Assembly: GCA_044347345.1 (NCBI GenBank)
Contig: JBIKUX010000005.1
Coordinates: 1-64,000 of the forward strand
Direction of reading: 5' to 3'
Source: Bdellovibrionota bacterium
GTDB taxonomy: Bacteria; Bdellovibrionota_C; UBA2361; JBIKUX01
Length of the DNA stretch: 64,000 nucleotides
Part shown: positions 28,831 to 38,513 of the stretch, one piece after another
Layout of the letters: each line of letters starts with the position of its first letter
Numbering within the stretch: position 1 is the first letter of the stretch
Position numbers and translations under genes: made by a program
Notes under the pieces: model-generated
Database searches by the model: none
What the model saw: only the letters and a program-made list of their open reading frames with translations
Told to the model about the DNA's origin: nothing

Positions 28831-28967
28831 ATTTCGCCTCAATAAAAATAGGACTTAACCAAAGATTAGTTGGCTTATATTGTTAATTATTTACCGATAA
28901 TGCAAACAAACCTAAAAATCGTGTCCCCTCTTTCATTATTTATCTCACAAGTGTATTACTTAAGTAT

Positions 28968-29041
28968 GCGGTCTTAGCTCAGCTGGATAGAGCAACTGGC
29001 TTCGAACCAGTAGGTCGGGGGTTCGAATCCCTCAGACCGCG
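28968..29041 (+). tRNA. tRNA-Arg (anticodon TCG); CCA not encoded
   Basis: Acceptor stem GCGGTCT/AGACCGC, D-arm GCTC..GAGC, anticodon arm ACTGG-CTTCGAA-CCAGT, T-loop GGTTCGAATCC. Confidence 0.95.
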
Positions 29042-29095
29042 GATTACACGAGTAAAGTGAATTAAAGAAAATTTCCTAATTAAACGATTTGCCAG

Positions 29096-30031
29096 TTAAA
29101 CAACGCACCAGATTAAAGGTGGTCTATACGTACCCGTCGGAAAAAAAACATTCTCTTTCCCATCCTTTATACTTAGATACGCAAATGTAAACTGCTCTCT
29201 TATAGTTCTGTACTGCCACTTGAATTCTTTTTTTGTTTTCGCACAACTAGTAAGTATTAAAGGTTGCCTCTCGTACTTTTTGTTAGTTTTTGTAGACTTT
29301 GGCTTGTCTCCCGATTTTATGGAAAGTAATGCTTTGATTCCAGCGAATCCTTTTCCTTCTAAATAACGAGTTTTAATTATCTGCTGTCGTCTTTCCTCGA
29401 GTTTTTTTATGAGGATGTTGACATACTCTGCTTGACTTAAACTCTCGTAGCCAGGAAGTCTTGTATATTCTAAAGTATAAGTTTTTTCAAAATCCTTTGG
29501 CCTAAGATGTTTGTTAAAACGCTTTTTATCGCGATAAGAACGCCAATCAATTAGCTTATACTTTCGCGCAAAGGCTGACATAGCGTCAAAGAAAAAATTA
29601 TATCCAAAATTTTTATAGTCAGATATTCTTTCGACTAAACCACTTGAAACCGGATTGAGTGCTGCATAAAAAAAATAATTTTCGCGATCCTCATCCCTCA
29701 CAATTGCCTGACAGCGATATCTAGTCTGCCATAGGGAGCCAGCGGGAACACCTCTTACGTGGAATCGGGTTAATTTTGAGATGATTGAATTAAAATCTCT
29801 CATGAATGCCGCTCTATTTCTCCTGGGAAAATCGGCACCCAAATGATAGTGGTTCCCAAGAAACACAAAAAAATAAATTTTAACTCCATACTTTTTTTGA
29901 TATTTAGCTAAAAAAGCAAGGACTAGTTTCTTGATCTTATTATTTTTGTGAAACCATAAGCGAGAATCTACCGTTCTGGTTGTTATAAACGACGTATGCT
30001 CAGTAAATTCAATCCGAAGTGCTTGAGCCAT
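29096..30031 (-). mobile_element. RAYT-like (Y1/IS200-family) HUH tyrosine transposase
   Basis: FITTRT, FVFLGNHYHL (HUH), LWQTRY, YAALNPVSSGLV (catalytic Tyr), long basic C-terminus ending FPTGTY. Confidence 0.82.
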
Positions 30032-30147
30032 TTATATTGCCCCCATTATTTAGAGTTTGTAACCAGAAGTTCGATAGGATGAATGAAATGTTTCCTGAGG
30101 CCACAGCATCTCTGAGAAGATTTTTGAAGGGAAAGAGTTGATGTTAA

Positions 30148-30162
30148 CGCAAACTTATTGCA
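30148..30162. promoter_or_regulatory. Putative Fur/Zur-family operator
   Basis: cGCAA-ACTTA-TTGCa dyad about 35 bp upstream of a COG0523 metallochaperone. Confidence 0.35.
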
Positions 30163-30197
30163 ATATGAAAGGGCAGTGATAAACATCAAAGTTATTT

Positions 30198-31379
30198 ATG
30201 ACAACAGAACCAGAGATTTTCACCCCCAAACCTTCAATCACTAATTCCGGTAAGCGTACTCCGCTTCCTGTCACAGTCATTTCTGGCTTTTTAGGTGCCG
30301 GCAAAACCACTCTTCTTAACAACATACTTAACAATGCCCAGGGCCGTCGAGTTGCCGTGATAGTCAACGATATGAGTGAGGTAAACATCGATGCCTCACT
30401 AGTTCGAACCAGCGAGAGACTCGTTGAAATGAGTAACGGCTGTATCTGCTGCACGCTTCGCGAAGACCTTCTGATTGAGGTTTCTAAACTCGCCGAAGCA
30501 GGTCAATTTGACTATCTTGTAATCGAATCAAGCGGAATTTCAGAGCCCCTTCCAATTGCTGAAACATTTACTTTCATAACTGATGAAAATACCTCTTTAA
30601 ACGATATTGCCCGATTAGATACCCTCGTTACCGTTGTAGATGCCTTAAACTTCCTCGATGAATACCAACAAGCAGATGGACTCGATGAACGAGGGCTTGG
30701 CGCTAGCCCAGACGACGTAAGAACAATCGGACACCTCCTTACCGAACAAGTGGAATTTGCAGACGTAATTATTCTAAATAAATGCGACTTAGTGGATATC
30801 AACGAACTGGAACTTATTGAAGAAATAATTAAAACATTAAATCCACGCGCCAAAATTATTCGAGCTGAATTCAGCTCTGTTCCTTTATCTATGATACTTG
30901 GAACCAATCAATTCTCGATGGAGGAAGCTCAGTCATCACCTGGATGGTTAAAAATTCTCCGCGGAGAAGAGCTCCCCGAAACAGAAGAGTATGGTATTAG
31001 ATCATTCGTATATCAGTCACACATTCCATTTCATCCTGAAAGATTATGGCAATTTCTCCATAACGGGCTAACTAAAGTGCTAAGATCCAAAGGTTTTTTT
31101 TGGCTCGCAAACCGCCCGCAATTTGCTGGATTATGGTCACAAGCCGGTCAAAGTTTCTCGCTAGGAGTTTATGGATTTTGGGAAAATCAGGATTTAAATC
31201 CGACTACATCAGGAACTTACGGAAGTCGAGAACAAAAATTAGTTTTTATCGGAAAAGACTTAGATAAAGAGAAACTGATTTCTTCTCTTGATGAAGCACT
31301 GCTGACTACACCTGAATTACATCAATTTAATAATGGAGTCTTCCAAACGACAATAGATCCTTTTCCTGTCTGGGAATAG
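30198..31379 (+). CDS. COG0523/CobW-family GTPase, probable zinc metallochaperone (ZigA/YciC-like)
   Basis: SGFLGAGKTT, VNDMSEVNID, GCICCTLREDL, IESSGISEP, NKCD, PETEEYGI, LRSKGFFW. Confidence 0.93.
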   Translation: MTTEPEIFTPKPSITNSGKRTPLPVTVISGFLGAGKTTLLNNILNNAQGRRVAVIVNDMSEVNIDASLVRTSERLVEMSNGCICCTLREDLLIEVSKLAEAGQFDYLVIESSGISEPLPIAETFTFITDENTSLNDIARLDTLVTVVDALNFLDEYQQADGLDERGLGASPDDVRTIGHLLTEQVEFADVIILNKCDLVDINELELIEEIIKTLNPRAKIIRAEFSSVPLSMILGTNQFSMEEAQSSPGWLKILRGEELPETEEYGIRSFVYQSHIPFHPERLWQFLHNGLTKVLRSKGFFWLANRPQFAGLWSQAGQSFSLGVYGFWENQDLNPTTSGTYGSREQKLVFIGKDLDKEKLISSLDEALLTTPELHQFNNGVFQTTIDPFPVWE

Positions 31380-31562
31380 TCGCTAACTAACAGTCACTCA
31401 AGTTAAAATATAACTAATTAAAATTTTTCAAACTATCATAATCTTAAAGCTTCTCCTTATTCTAAAACTTCTCAAAGACGCTGTGTATGGGGTTAAGGTT
31501 TGATGTGGTTGTGACGAAGGAGGTATGTAGGAGAGATGTGCTAAACTAAGGTTGATGGCTAC

Positions 31563-32705
31563 ATGTTAGAAAATGTCGTAAGTAGCCGGACGACTGTCTC
31601 TACTAATATTGCTACGTCCCCTACCAATAGCCCTTCTCGCCCACCTCTACAGGATATTGATGTTGATGCTGCTAGGAAAAGTTTTAATCATCGCCAAACT
31701 ATAGGCCGTCAGAAAACAGAACGTTGTCTTGATGCTCTGTATGGGGTGATGGCAGATGCTTATAAGTGGCTAAAGTGTGTACAAAACGAGTTACCTGATG
31801 AAACAGCACACTTATCACTATCTGAAGTTTTAAAAAATTATAAACCAAACCCATCATATTTCTCACAAACTCACATAGAGGAAGATTGGGCAATCACTCC
31901 ACAATTAGTAAAAGACTTTTTAAAGGCTTTTAAACAAGATCCAGCAGTATTTTGCGGATATACAGCCAGTCAACTTACAAATATTTGCTATGCAGAGCAG
32001 TTAGCAAGTCGCCTAATAGATATAGGTAATGAACTCACTATCAATAAAAATAACTTTGACACACTTTTAAATGAACGCACAAACGAACCATTACCCCGAA
32101 GGATTACACAGTGGTTAAATCCAGACTACGATAGACCAATTTTGTTTGAAACAAACCCGCAGACCGGTTTTATTATTCATGTTAATGGATCTAAAGATAA
32201 TTTACCTGCAATTTTCAACCCTATATCCAAAAACGACACCGATACCAGAGCTAGTATATGCTACAATAACCTACCCAATCCTTATCCTACTCCTCAACAA
32301 CAAGAACCCTCGGCCAATTTAAATAATGAAAATTTGTCATTAGATTATATCTTTTCGGTTTTGACCGGATATACAAATACTAATAGGTTGTACATTGATT
32401 ATAACCTATATGATGATAACAACAGACCCGGACCCGATGAAATCTTAGTTCAGGTAAAAACACAAAATACTGGCTCCACATTTGACTACACTCCAGTTGC
32501 CAGAATTTACCGAGATAACACTGGAAAAATACAGTTCGAAAGTTTGCTGTGTTTAAATGTTGATATTAATTACTGGGTAACTAAAATTGAAAACATATTA
32601 TCGGTCTCAGGATTATACATAACCCGAAACGATGTTGGTAGTGGCTTCCGTTCGGGGCAAATCACTAACAAACCTTCGCCCCCGCCCTCTCCTTCTGCTC
32701 CATAA
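31563..32705 (+). CDS. Hypothetical protein (orphan)
   Basis: 380-aa ORF with S/T/P-rich N-terminus and Pro-rich C-terminus; no recognisable motif. Confidence 0.6.
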   Translation: MLENVVSSRTTVSTNIATSPTNSPSRPPLQDIDVDAARKSFNHRQTIGRQKTERCLDALYGVMADAYKWLKCVQNELPDETAHLSLSEVLKNYKPNPSYFSQTHIEEDWAITPQLVKDFLKAFKQDPAVFCGYTASQLTNICYAEQLASRLIDIGNELTINKNNFDTLLNERTNEPLPRRITQWLNPDYDRPILFETNPQTGFIIHVNGSKDNLPAIFNPISKNDTDTRASICYNNLPNPYPTPQQQEPSANLNNENLSLDYIFSVLTGYTNTNRLYIDYNLYDDNNRPGPDEILVQVKTQNTGSTFDYTPVARIYRDNTGKIQFESLLCLNVDINYWVTKIENILSVSGLYITRNDVGSGFRSGQITNKPSPPPSPSAP

Positions 32706-32709
32706 ATAC

Positions 32710-33591
32710 TTAAGAGCTTACCGGAAACCTTGTAGACTGACCAATAAAAAAATTTTTTATCCCTGTAAACAAGCCTGTAAACAAGCCTTGAATGTCACTT
32801 TTTAGACGCTCTAAAAAACTGGGAGATGCACGATAATTCAATATCATTTTAGGCCGTTCACTATTTATATCAGGCTTCACAGGCCTTACCGAAGACCAAG
32901 AATATGACCTATTCGTCGCCAAGCCTCCTCTAACACTCTCATTAGAGTTAGACTCAGCTAGTTGTAAACCTAACTTTGCTAGTTTTTGCTTTTCTTGTCT
33001 TAAACCTTGAATAAATTTGTGCCCTAGTAAAAACTGAAAGCCAAAATTTTCGCCACAAGCGCTATCGTTACTACCAGGAGATGGCATCGAATTAAAAGCC
33101 TCGATAAATTGCCTTGCTGCATGAAAAGCTAAGGTAAATTTAATGTAGGATTGGCTATTGTTATTATTATTACTATTATTGTTGTTATGGCCAGATAGAC
33201 TTGTCAGGGCACTATTTACAAAATTCTCGACATGTTGTTTTAAATTGTATCTTCCTGAACTATCTTTTTTTTCATTATAAAATGTTAACTGCTTAAATAG
33301 TGTGTTACTCTTTCGGAACAGGTTACCGAAAACAACCATTTGGTTCTTATTTAATTTCGGTAAGGAGGGATATTTTGAGATTGTGTCCCAATATTGGGGA
33401 TTAAACTCCAACCCACACAAAGTTAGTATCTTGCGGAAGACAAGCTCTTCTGGAGTTATCTCTTCTGGCCTGATTACAGGCAGGGCCGGCAGTTCGGGGA
33501 AGCTAAAATTGATAGACAAATCAGATTGTGGTTTATCTACAGCACTGTCAACCGAAGCGGTACCTGTAGATACTGGAGCACAAGCAACCAT
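32710..33591 (-). CDS. Hypothetical protein (orphan, poly-Asn tract)
   Basis: 293-aa ORF convergent with the previous gene; low-complexity segments. Confidence 0.6.
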   Translation of the reverse strand: MVACAPVSTGTASVDSAVDKPQSDLSINFSFPELPALPVIRPEEITPEELVFRKILTLCGLEFNPQYWDTISKYPSLPKLNKNQMVVFGNLFRKSNTLFKQLTFYNEKKDSSGRYNLKQHVENFVNSALTSLSGHNNNNSNNNNNSQSYIKFTLAFHAARQFIEAFNSMPSPGSNDSACGENFGFQFLLGHKFIQGLRQEKQKLAKLGLQLAESNSNESVRGGLATNRSYSWSSVRPVKPDINSERPKMILNYRASPSFLERLKSDIQGLFTGLFTGIKNFFIGQSTRFPVSS

Positions 33592-33713
33592 AAGAAGGAA
33601 TTAATCAAAGGATAGATTTTCTTTCTTTGATTTTAACTGTGAACTAAACGAAGAGAAAAAATTTGCTCCAATATGTGAATTTTACCCACTTGGGAAAATT
33701 ATGAATTCTCAAA

Positions 33714-36700
33714 TCATAAATCTTCCCCTTCATCATTTACAGTTAATTCACTTTCACCAAGCGATTTAGGGAACTTTTTAACAGACCGCCTAGGGATAAA
33801 GTCGAAAGGACTAGTTTTTAAATGAATATCTTGTTGAGGGAAAGATATTTCAATTCCCTCTGAGCGAAAGGCATGAAGGATTGCTACCCGTAAATCACGC
33901 TGAACAATTAGATTATCGCTTACATCCGCAACGAAAACGATTAACTCAAAGTCAAGAGAACTTGGTCCAAAATTGGTCAACAAAACCATCGGTGCTGGAT
34001 CAGCCGTTATACGTACCTCTCTAGAAGCCACACCCTCCAAAACAGCTATAACTTTTTCTGGATTACTCTCATAAGAAACACCAACAAGAATCCGCGCTCG
34101 CAAAATTCTATGCGATAAAGTCCAATTGACTATATTACCAGTCACCAAAGACTTATTTGGGATTATTAATTCCTTACGATCCCAATCTGTAATAGTGGTT
34201 GCTCTTATCCTGATCCTTGAAACGGTTCCAGAAACATTTCCAATTGTGACAATATCTCCCACCCTAACTGGTTGCTCAAACAGAACAATTATACCAGAAA
34301 TGAAATTAGCAAATACTTCTTGCAAACCAAATCCGAGCCCAAATGTAAGGGCTGCTACAAGCCAGTGTACGTTTGACCAAGAGATACCTAAGAGCCTAGA
34401 AGCCAACAGTATTCCGAAAATGATAACTATATACCGCATAAGCGTAGAAGCAGCGTAGTGAGCTCCAGAGCTAAGAGCAATACGACTTAAAATAGCGATA
34501 TCGAGAAGAGCAGGAAGTGTTCTTGTTGCTACAAGAACTACAAAGCATAGCACTCCACCTATCATAAAATCATATAGAGTAAAGGGATTAGAGTCTGGAA
34601 CAACTGATACATTTTCTGTCATCTTATTCGACAAAACCGAATCATTTACGAATGATTTTGCCGCGTCTGAATTTTTTGGAACACTCTTGGAAATATCTTG
34701 GGTAATAGATGCTGATGCTACATCACGGTCTCTTTGACCTATTTTACTGAGAAAAGGTTGGGTCTCTTCGGCTAAAGACGCCACCCTAAAATTCGGGTAA
34801 ATTTGTACTCGCTCCAAAGTAGGAAGAAGAGGAAGAACATTAGACCAAATAAACAGTAATCCAAGAATAAATATTACTGACAAATTACTCCTAAAAAGCG
34901 TAGTAGATTTTTCATCAAGCACATTTCGAGCTATCTCGGAGTCATTATCCTTTTCGAAATCCGGCTCTACTTGTACTTCATTATTTTTACCACTCGCCGA
35001 CATTACTTCGGTAAATGGTCGGTTCTTCGCAGTAAGTAGAGCTCTTACAAATAGCGCGTGTCCAATAGTCAACGCGACCAATAACAATTCAGTCCGCTTA
35101 TAGGCTCCAACAAACCCATGAGCTAAATTTTCATATCCGATTAGTGCTAAAATAGCACATACTACCGGTGATGCTATGAGAACAGTGCTCCAAAAGGAAT
35201 GTAAGCGAACTGCAAGCGGAGTTAAATCACCAGTATTCCGCTTCCAGAGATGAGCAAGCACTCCATTTTTACCAAGAAGACTTGCGACAAAAATTGAATA
35301 TAAACCCAAAAATATTGCAAATAGCAATCGAATAAAAAAATAGATTCCAGGTAGATCACTGTTATCAGCAAAAAAATCGAGTAAAAATCCAGAAACTGAT
35401 AACGGAATAATAAACTTTCTTATTAAACTTCTTACTCTGCGACAAATATCTTTATTCCAAAGAAAATAGATCTCTGCTACACCATTTTCTCTCAATAAAA
35501 GAAGGAACCACATCGGTAGATACAACATAGTAGCAAGTGCAGTAACTGAGCCCCCGATAGACTGCCCAAGATGAGTCTCAACAGAAAGAAGAAACCGCCC
35601 TAAAAACCAAATTCCAAGTGGAATTATCGCTGCCTCAACTGTTAAAATAAAAAGAGCCGCTAAAATCAGTAAGAGTGAGCTTCGACCATAATTTTGAGCC
35701 AATTCTTTTATTCGGTCATAAACCAAAGCTATTTTGCCTCGCATGAAAATAACCACAGCAAAAGCTAACGCCGATGCCACAACACCTACCCACTCCACTG
35801 CAGGTAAACTACTCAAACCCAAAAACAGAGCTCGCCATCTTTTAATCGCAAAAACCTCTGTAATACCAGCTTTAATATCTCTAAGTGGTGGGAAGACTTC
35901 CCGATGAAGAGACCGTAACCACATCACTCTAGGTGCTAAAAAGCTTCTAGCATCCTCGGTCAGATTATTAATTTTAGTTAGACTCTCTACACTTTCACTG
36001 AGAACCGATATTAGAGAACGGTACTCTCCCAATACCTCGGTAATTAATGTTTCACGCTGTGCAACAAGATCGGTAATTGCATGTCGTTGGCGCCAACTAT
36101 TACCATTTTTAATTCCGATAGCCCCCTCTAATAATCGCTTTGTCTCATCAACAGGAGGTAATATTCTATTCCTGCGTTCCTCGATACTAAAAAGGGTAAG
36201 TTGAGCATCCTGAAGCTCGCGCTCTACGGAAAGAATACGCGCGCGCAATTCCGCACTACTAGATAGCTTCCCCTCAAATGATATAAGCAATGGACCAATG
36301 CCGCTACTTCCACCAACAATTCGATATCTCTCCCATAAAGCCGAGAGACCACTTGAAAGCTCCATTTTTTCTTTTCGCGCCAAATCACGTTGAGTAGTAG
36401 CATACGCTAATTGTGCTCTGAGCCCCGTATGACCAGCTCCTTGAATTCGGCGCAAAACAGAGATATCTTCAACAACTTCATAGGCGACTGGACCTGCAAC
36501 CTCTTGCAGTTCTCTTACCTGCGCCAACTCTTTGGTAAATTGCTCCTCCTGCAAGATTGTTAAACTCTTTCTGGCCGATTCGAGCTGGTCATCTAATGTA
36601 AACAAAGCTCTTCTCAGAATAGCGACCTTATTGGGTCTAAGAGCTTGACGTGCAATAATAAGCTCTCGTTCAGCTGTTAGCGCCCGAAGTTTTGTCTCAT

Positions 36701-37388
36701 CACGCTTTCTAACTTGGCTTATGTTATCATCAAAACTTTCCTGACGACTGATAGACGAAGCTGAAGGTGTTACTTGAATTGCTAAGCTTTGCTCCAGCTT
36801 GGATGAAACTTCATTTATCTCCTTCAGTAAAACCGTGCTACGAGTCGAATCTTCCTCACCCCCTGAAATAGCGGCCTGATACTCCTCTTCAGCTTTGCTT
36901 CGTTTCTGCTCTAATTGCTCAATAATAATTTGAAGCCTATCGACAGTTTTAACAGACTCAAACGAAGTCTGAGTTGTTGGATACGGCTCAGATAATTCCT
37001 TAATTAGTTGACTCTCTTCTTCGCGAAGAGCCAACATGGCTTTTTCAAATGCTCTTATGCTTACCTCAAACCCTTGAGTTTCAGCATTTAAGGAATCTTC
37101 GGGCGCTAACTGCTGTCTGACCTCGCTCCTATTGTCACTGTCATTTTTGCTTAACTCTGATGCTATGCGCCGCCTTTCCTCTTGACCCTGAGCAATTTTT
37201 TCTTCTTTGGGAACTAGCTGAGTTTTAGACGATGACGATGACGATGATGTAGCTTGAATAGGCTGTGGCACTTGACTATATGCAGAGTAGCTACCTAAGC
37301 TATAGGCTAAAATTATAAGAAAAACCGAAAGTCTTGTGAAACGATACCAAAAAACCTCAAACTCTAAAAAACGCATTTTTACTTCCAA
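33714..37388 (-). CDS. mscK: Large MscS-family mechanosensitive channel (MscK/KefA-like)
   Basis: Signal peptide, long periplasmic coiled coil, many TM helices, GLGFGLQEVFANFISG..LFEQPVRVGD, IRIRATTI.DWDRKELIIPNK. Confidence 0.9.
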   Translation of the reverse strand: MEVKMRFLEFEVFWYRFTRLSVFLIILAYSLGSYSAYSQVPQPIQATSSSSSSSKTQLVPKEEKIAQGQEERRRIASELSKNDSDNRSEVRQQLAPEDSLNAETQGFEVSIRAFEKAMLALREEESQLIKELSEPYPTTQTSFESVKTVDRLQIIIEQLEQKRSKAEEEYQAAISGGEEDSTRSTVLLKEINEVSSKLEQSLAIQVTPSASSISRQESFDDNISQVRKRDETKLRALTAERELIIARQALRPNKVAILRRALFTLDDQLESARKSLTILQEEQFTKELAQVRELQEVAGPVAYEVVEDISVLRRIQGAGHTGLRAQLAYATTQRDLARKEKMELSSGLSALWERYRIVGGSSGIGPLLISFEGKLSSSAELRARILSVERELQDAQLTLFSIEERRNRILPPVDETKRLLEGAIGIKNGNSWRQRHAITDLVAQRETLITEVLGEYRSLISVLSESVESLTKINNLTEDARSFLAPRVMWLRSLHREVFPPLRDIKAGITEVFAIKRWRALFLGLSSLPAVEWVGVVASALAFAVVIFMRGKIALVYDRIKELAQNYGRSSLLLILAALFILTVEAAIIPLGIWFLGRFLLSVETHLGQSIGGSVTALATMLYLPMWFLLLLRENGVAEIYFLWNKDICRRVRSLIRKFIIPLSVSGFLLDFFADNSDLPGIYFFIRLLFAIFLGLYSIFVASLLGKNGVLAHLWKRNTGDLTPLAVRLHSFWSTVLIASPVVCAILALIGYENLAHGFVGAYKRTELLLVALTIGHALFVRALLTAKNRPFTEVMSASGKNNEVQVEPDFEKDNDSEIARNVLDEKSTTLFRSNLSVIFILGLLFIWSNVLPLLPTLERVQIYPNFRVASLAEETQPFLSKIGQRDRDVASASITQDISKSVPKNSDAAKSFVNDSVLSNKMTENVSVVPDSNPFTLYDFMIGGVLCFVVLVATRTLPALLDIAILSRIALSSGAHYAASTLMRYIVIIFGILLASRLLGISWSNVHWLVAALTFGLGFGLQEVFANFISGIIVLFEQPVRVGDIVTIGNVSGTVSRIRIRATTITDWDRKELIIPNKSLVTGNIVNWTLSHRILRARILVGVSYESNPEKVIAVLEGVASREVRITADPAPMVLLTNFGPSSLDFELIVFVADVSDNLIVQRDLRVAILHAFRSEGIEISFPQQDIHLKTSPFDFIPRRSVKKFPKSLGESELTVNDEGEDL

Positions 37389-37755
37389 AAAATAAAATCC
37401 TCTGTCTTTATTATATTTGACAGCCTAACTCAGACGATCACCATGCGCCACACGGTGACTTATTCTTCAGATTAATTGATTGCTTAAATATTTTGGTTTT
37501 ATTTAGTGAGGCTATATCGGCAGTAAATTTCAATAATTTCCTCAGCTCGGTATATTTTCTGTTATATCTTCTACTAAAATTTTCTCCGCCTAATTAAATT
37601 TAAAACCATGCGTGATTTGATGGGCGTACGGCTTAAACAAAATCGCATCCGCATATTTTAGGAAGTGATACAGTAACAATATTTTTTCGATACTTATTTA
37701 TATACCAAGCACCTTAGGGACTTTAAAAGCAATAGAAATTAATAAATCAGCTCTT

Positions 37756-38289
37756 ATGTACAAGCGAATCATAATTACCGGCGCTCCTGGTGTAGGCAAA
37801 TCAACCTTAATAAATGCTCTAGCTACTCAAGGATTTCAAACCGTTAAGGAACCAGCAAGAGATATTATTGCTGAGCAACGCTTAATAGGGGGAGATTGTT
37901 TATGGGGGAAAAATACCAAAAATTTTCTTTCCTTACTTCTATCTCGCTCCATTGAACGCTATCAAACCGTAAGGAGCAACCTGACTATCTTTGACAGAGG
38001 AATTCCAGATTGTATCGCCTATTCAGAGGTTGCAGGTTTCATCATGCCAACCGCACACCAAGCAACGGCCATCTACCGTTATCACCCTCAAGTATTTGTG
38101 GCTCCACCTTGGGCTGAGATATACACCACTGATAACGAACGAACCATGACTTTTGCTGCTACCCTCGACTTTCACCACAAACTTATCTCAGCATACTCCA
38201 AACATGGCTATGAATTGGTGGAACTACCGTTTACTTCAGTAGCCGAGAGGGTAAATTTTTTATTTAAGAAGCTCAAAGAGTCAGAATGA
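37756..38289 (+). CDS. AAA_28/COG3911-type P-loop ATPase
   Basis: ITGAPGVGKST, EPAR, FDRGIPD, PPW.EIY..DNER. Confidence 0.85.
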   Translation: MYKRIIITGAPGVGKSTLINALATQGFQTVKEPARDIIAEQRLIGGDCLWGKNTKNFLSLLLSRSIERYQTVRSNLTIFDRGIPDCIAYSEVAGFIMPTAHQATAIYRYHPQVFVAPPWAEIYTTDNERTMTFAATLDFHHKLISAYSKHGYELVELPFTSVAERVNFLFKKLKESE

Positions 38290-38513
38290 CATAAAGTTTT
38301 ATAGAAAGAATACCTTATGAATGACAGTGGCTGACTTTAGTACAGAGCTATCTACATTTTTATAAAATAAAATATCTTGGTAAAAAGCAGCTCACAGTGT
38401 AATCAGTGAAAAAGAGACTTTATAAAATAAATCAAAGCTAATTTAAAACATAGAAAAGTTTTAAACTTTTAAAAAGTATGCCTAATTAGGTCTTTTTTAA
38501 GTAAAAAAGGCGT

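Noticed and set aside
28831-28967. glmS ribozyme upstream of glmS
   Set aside because: The region is short, AT-rich and shared with the tRNA promoter, with no recognisable conserved core.
31515-31545. Leader mini-ORFs (AGGAGGT-ATG-TAG and AGGAG-AG-ATG-TGC-TAA) upstream of orphan 31563
   Set aside because: SD-to-ATG spacing of 0-2 nt is too short for initiation; probably chance.
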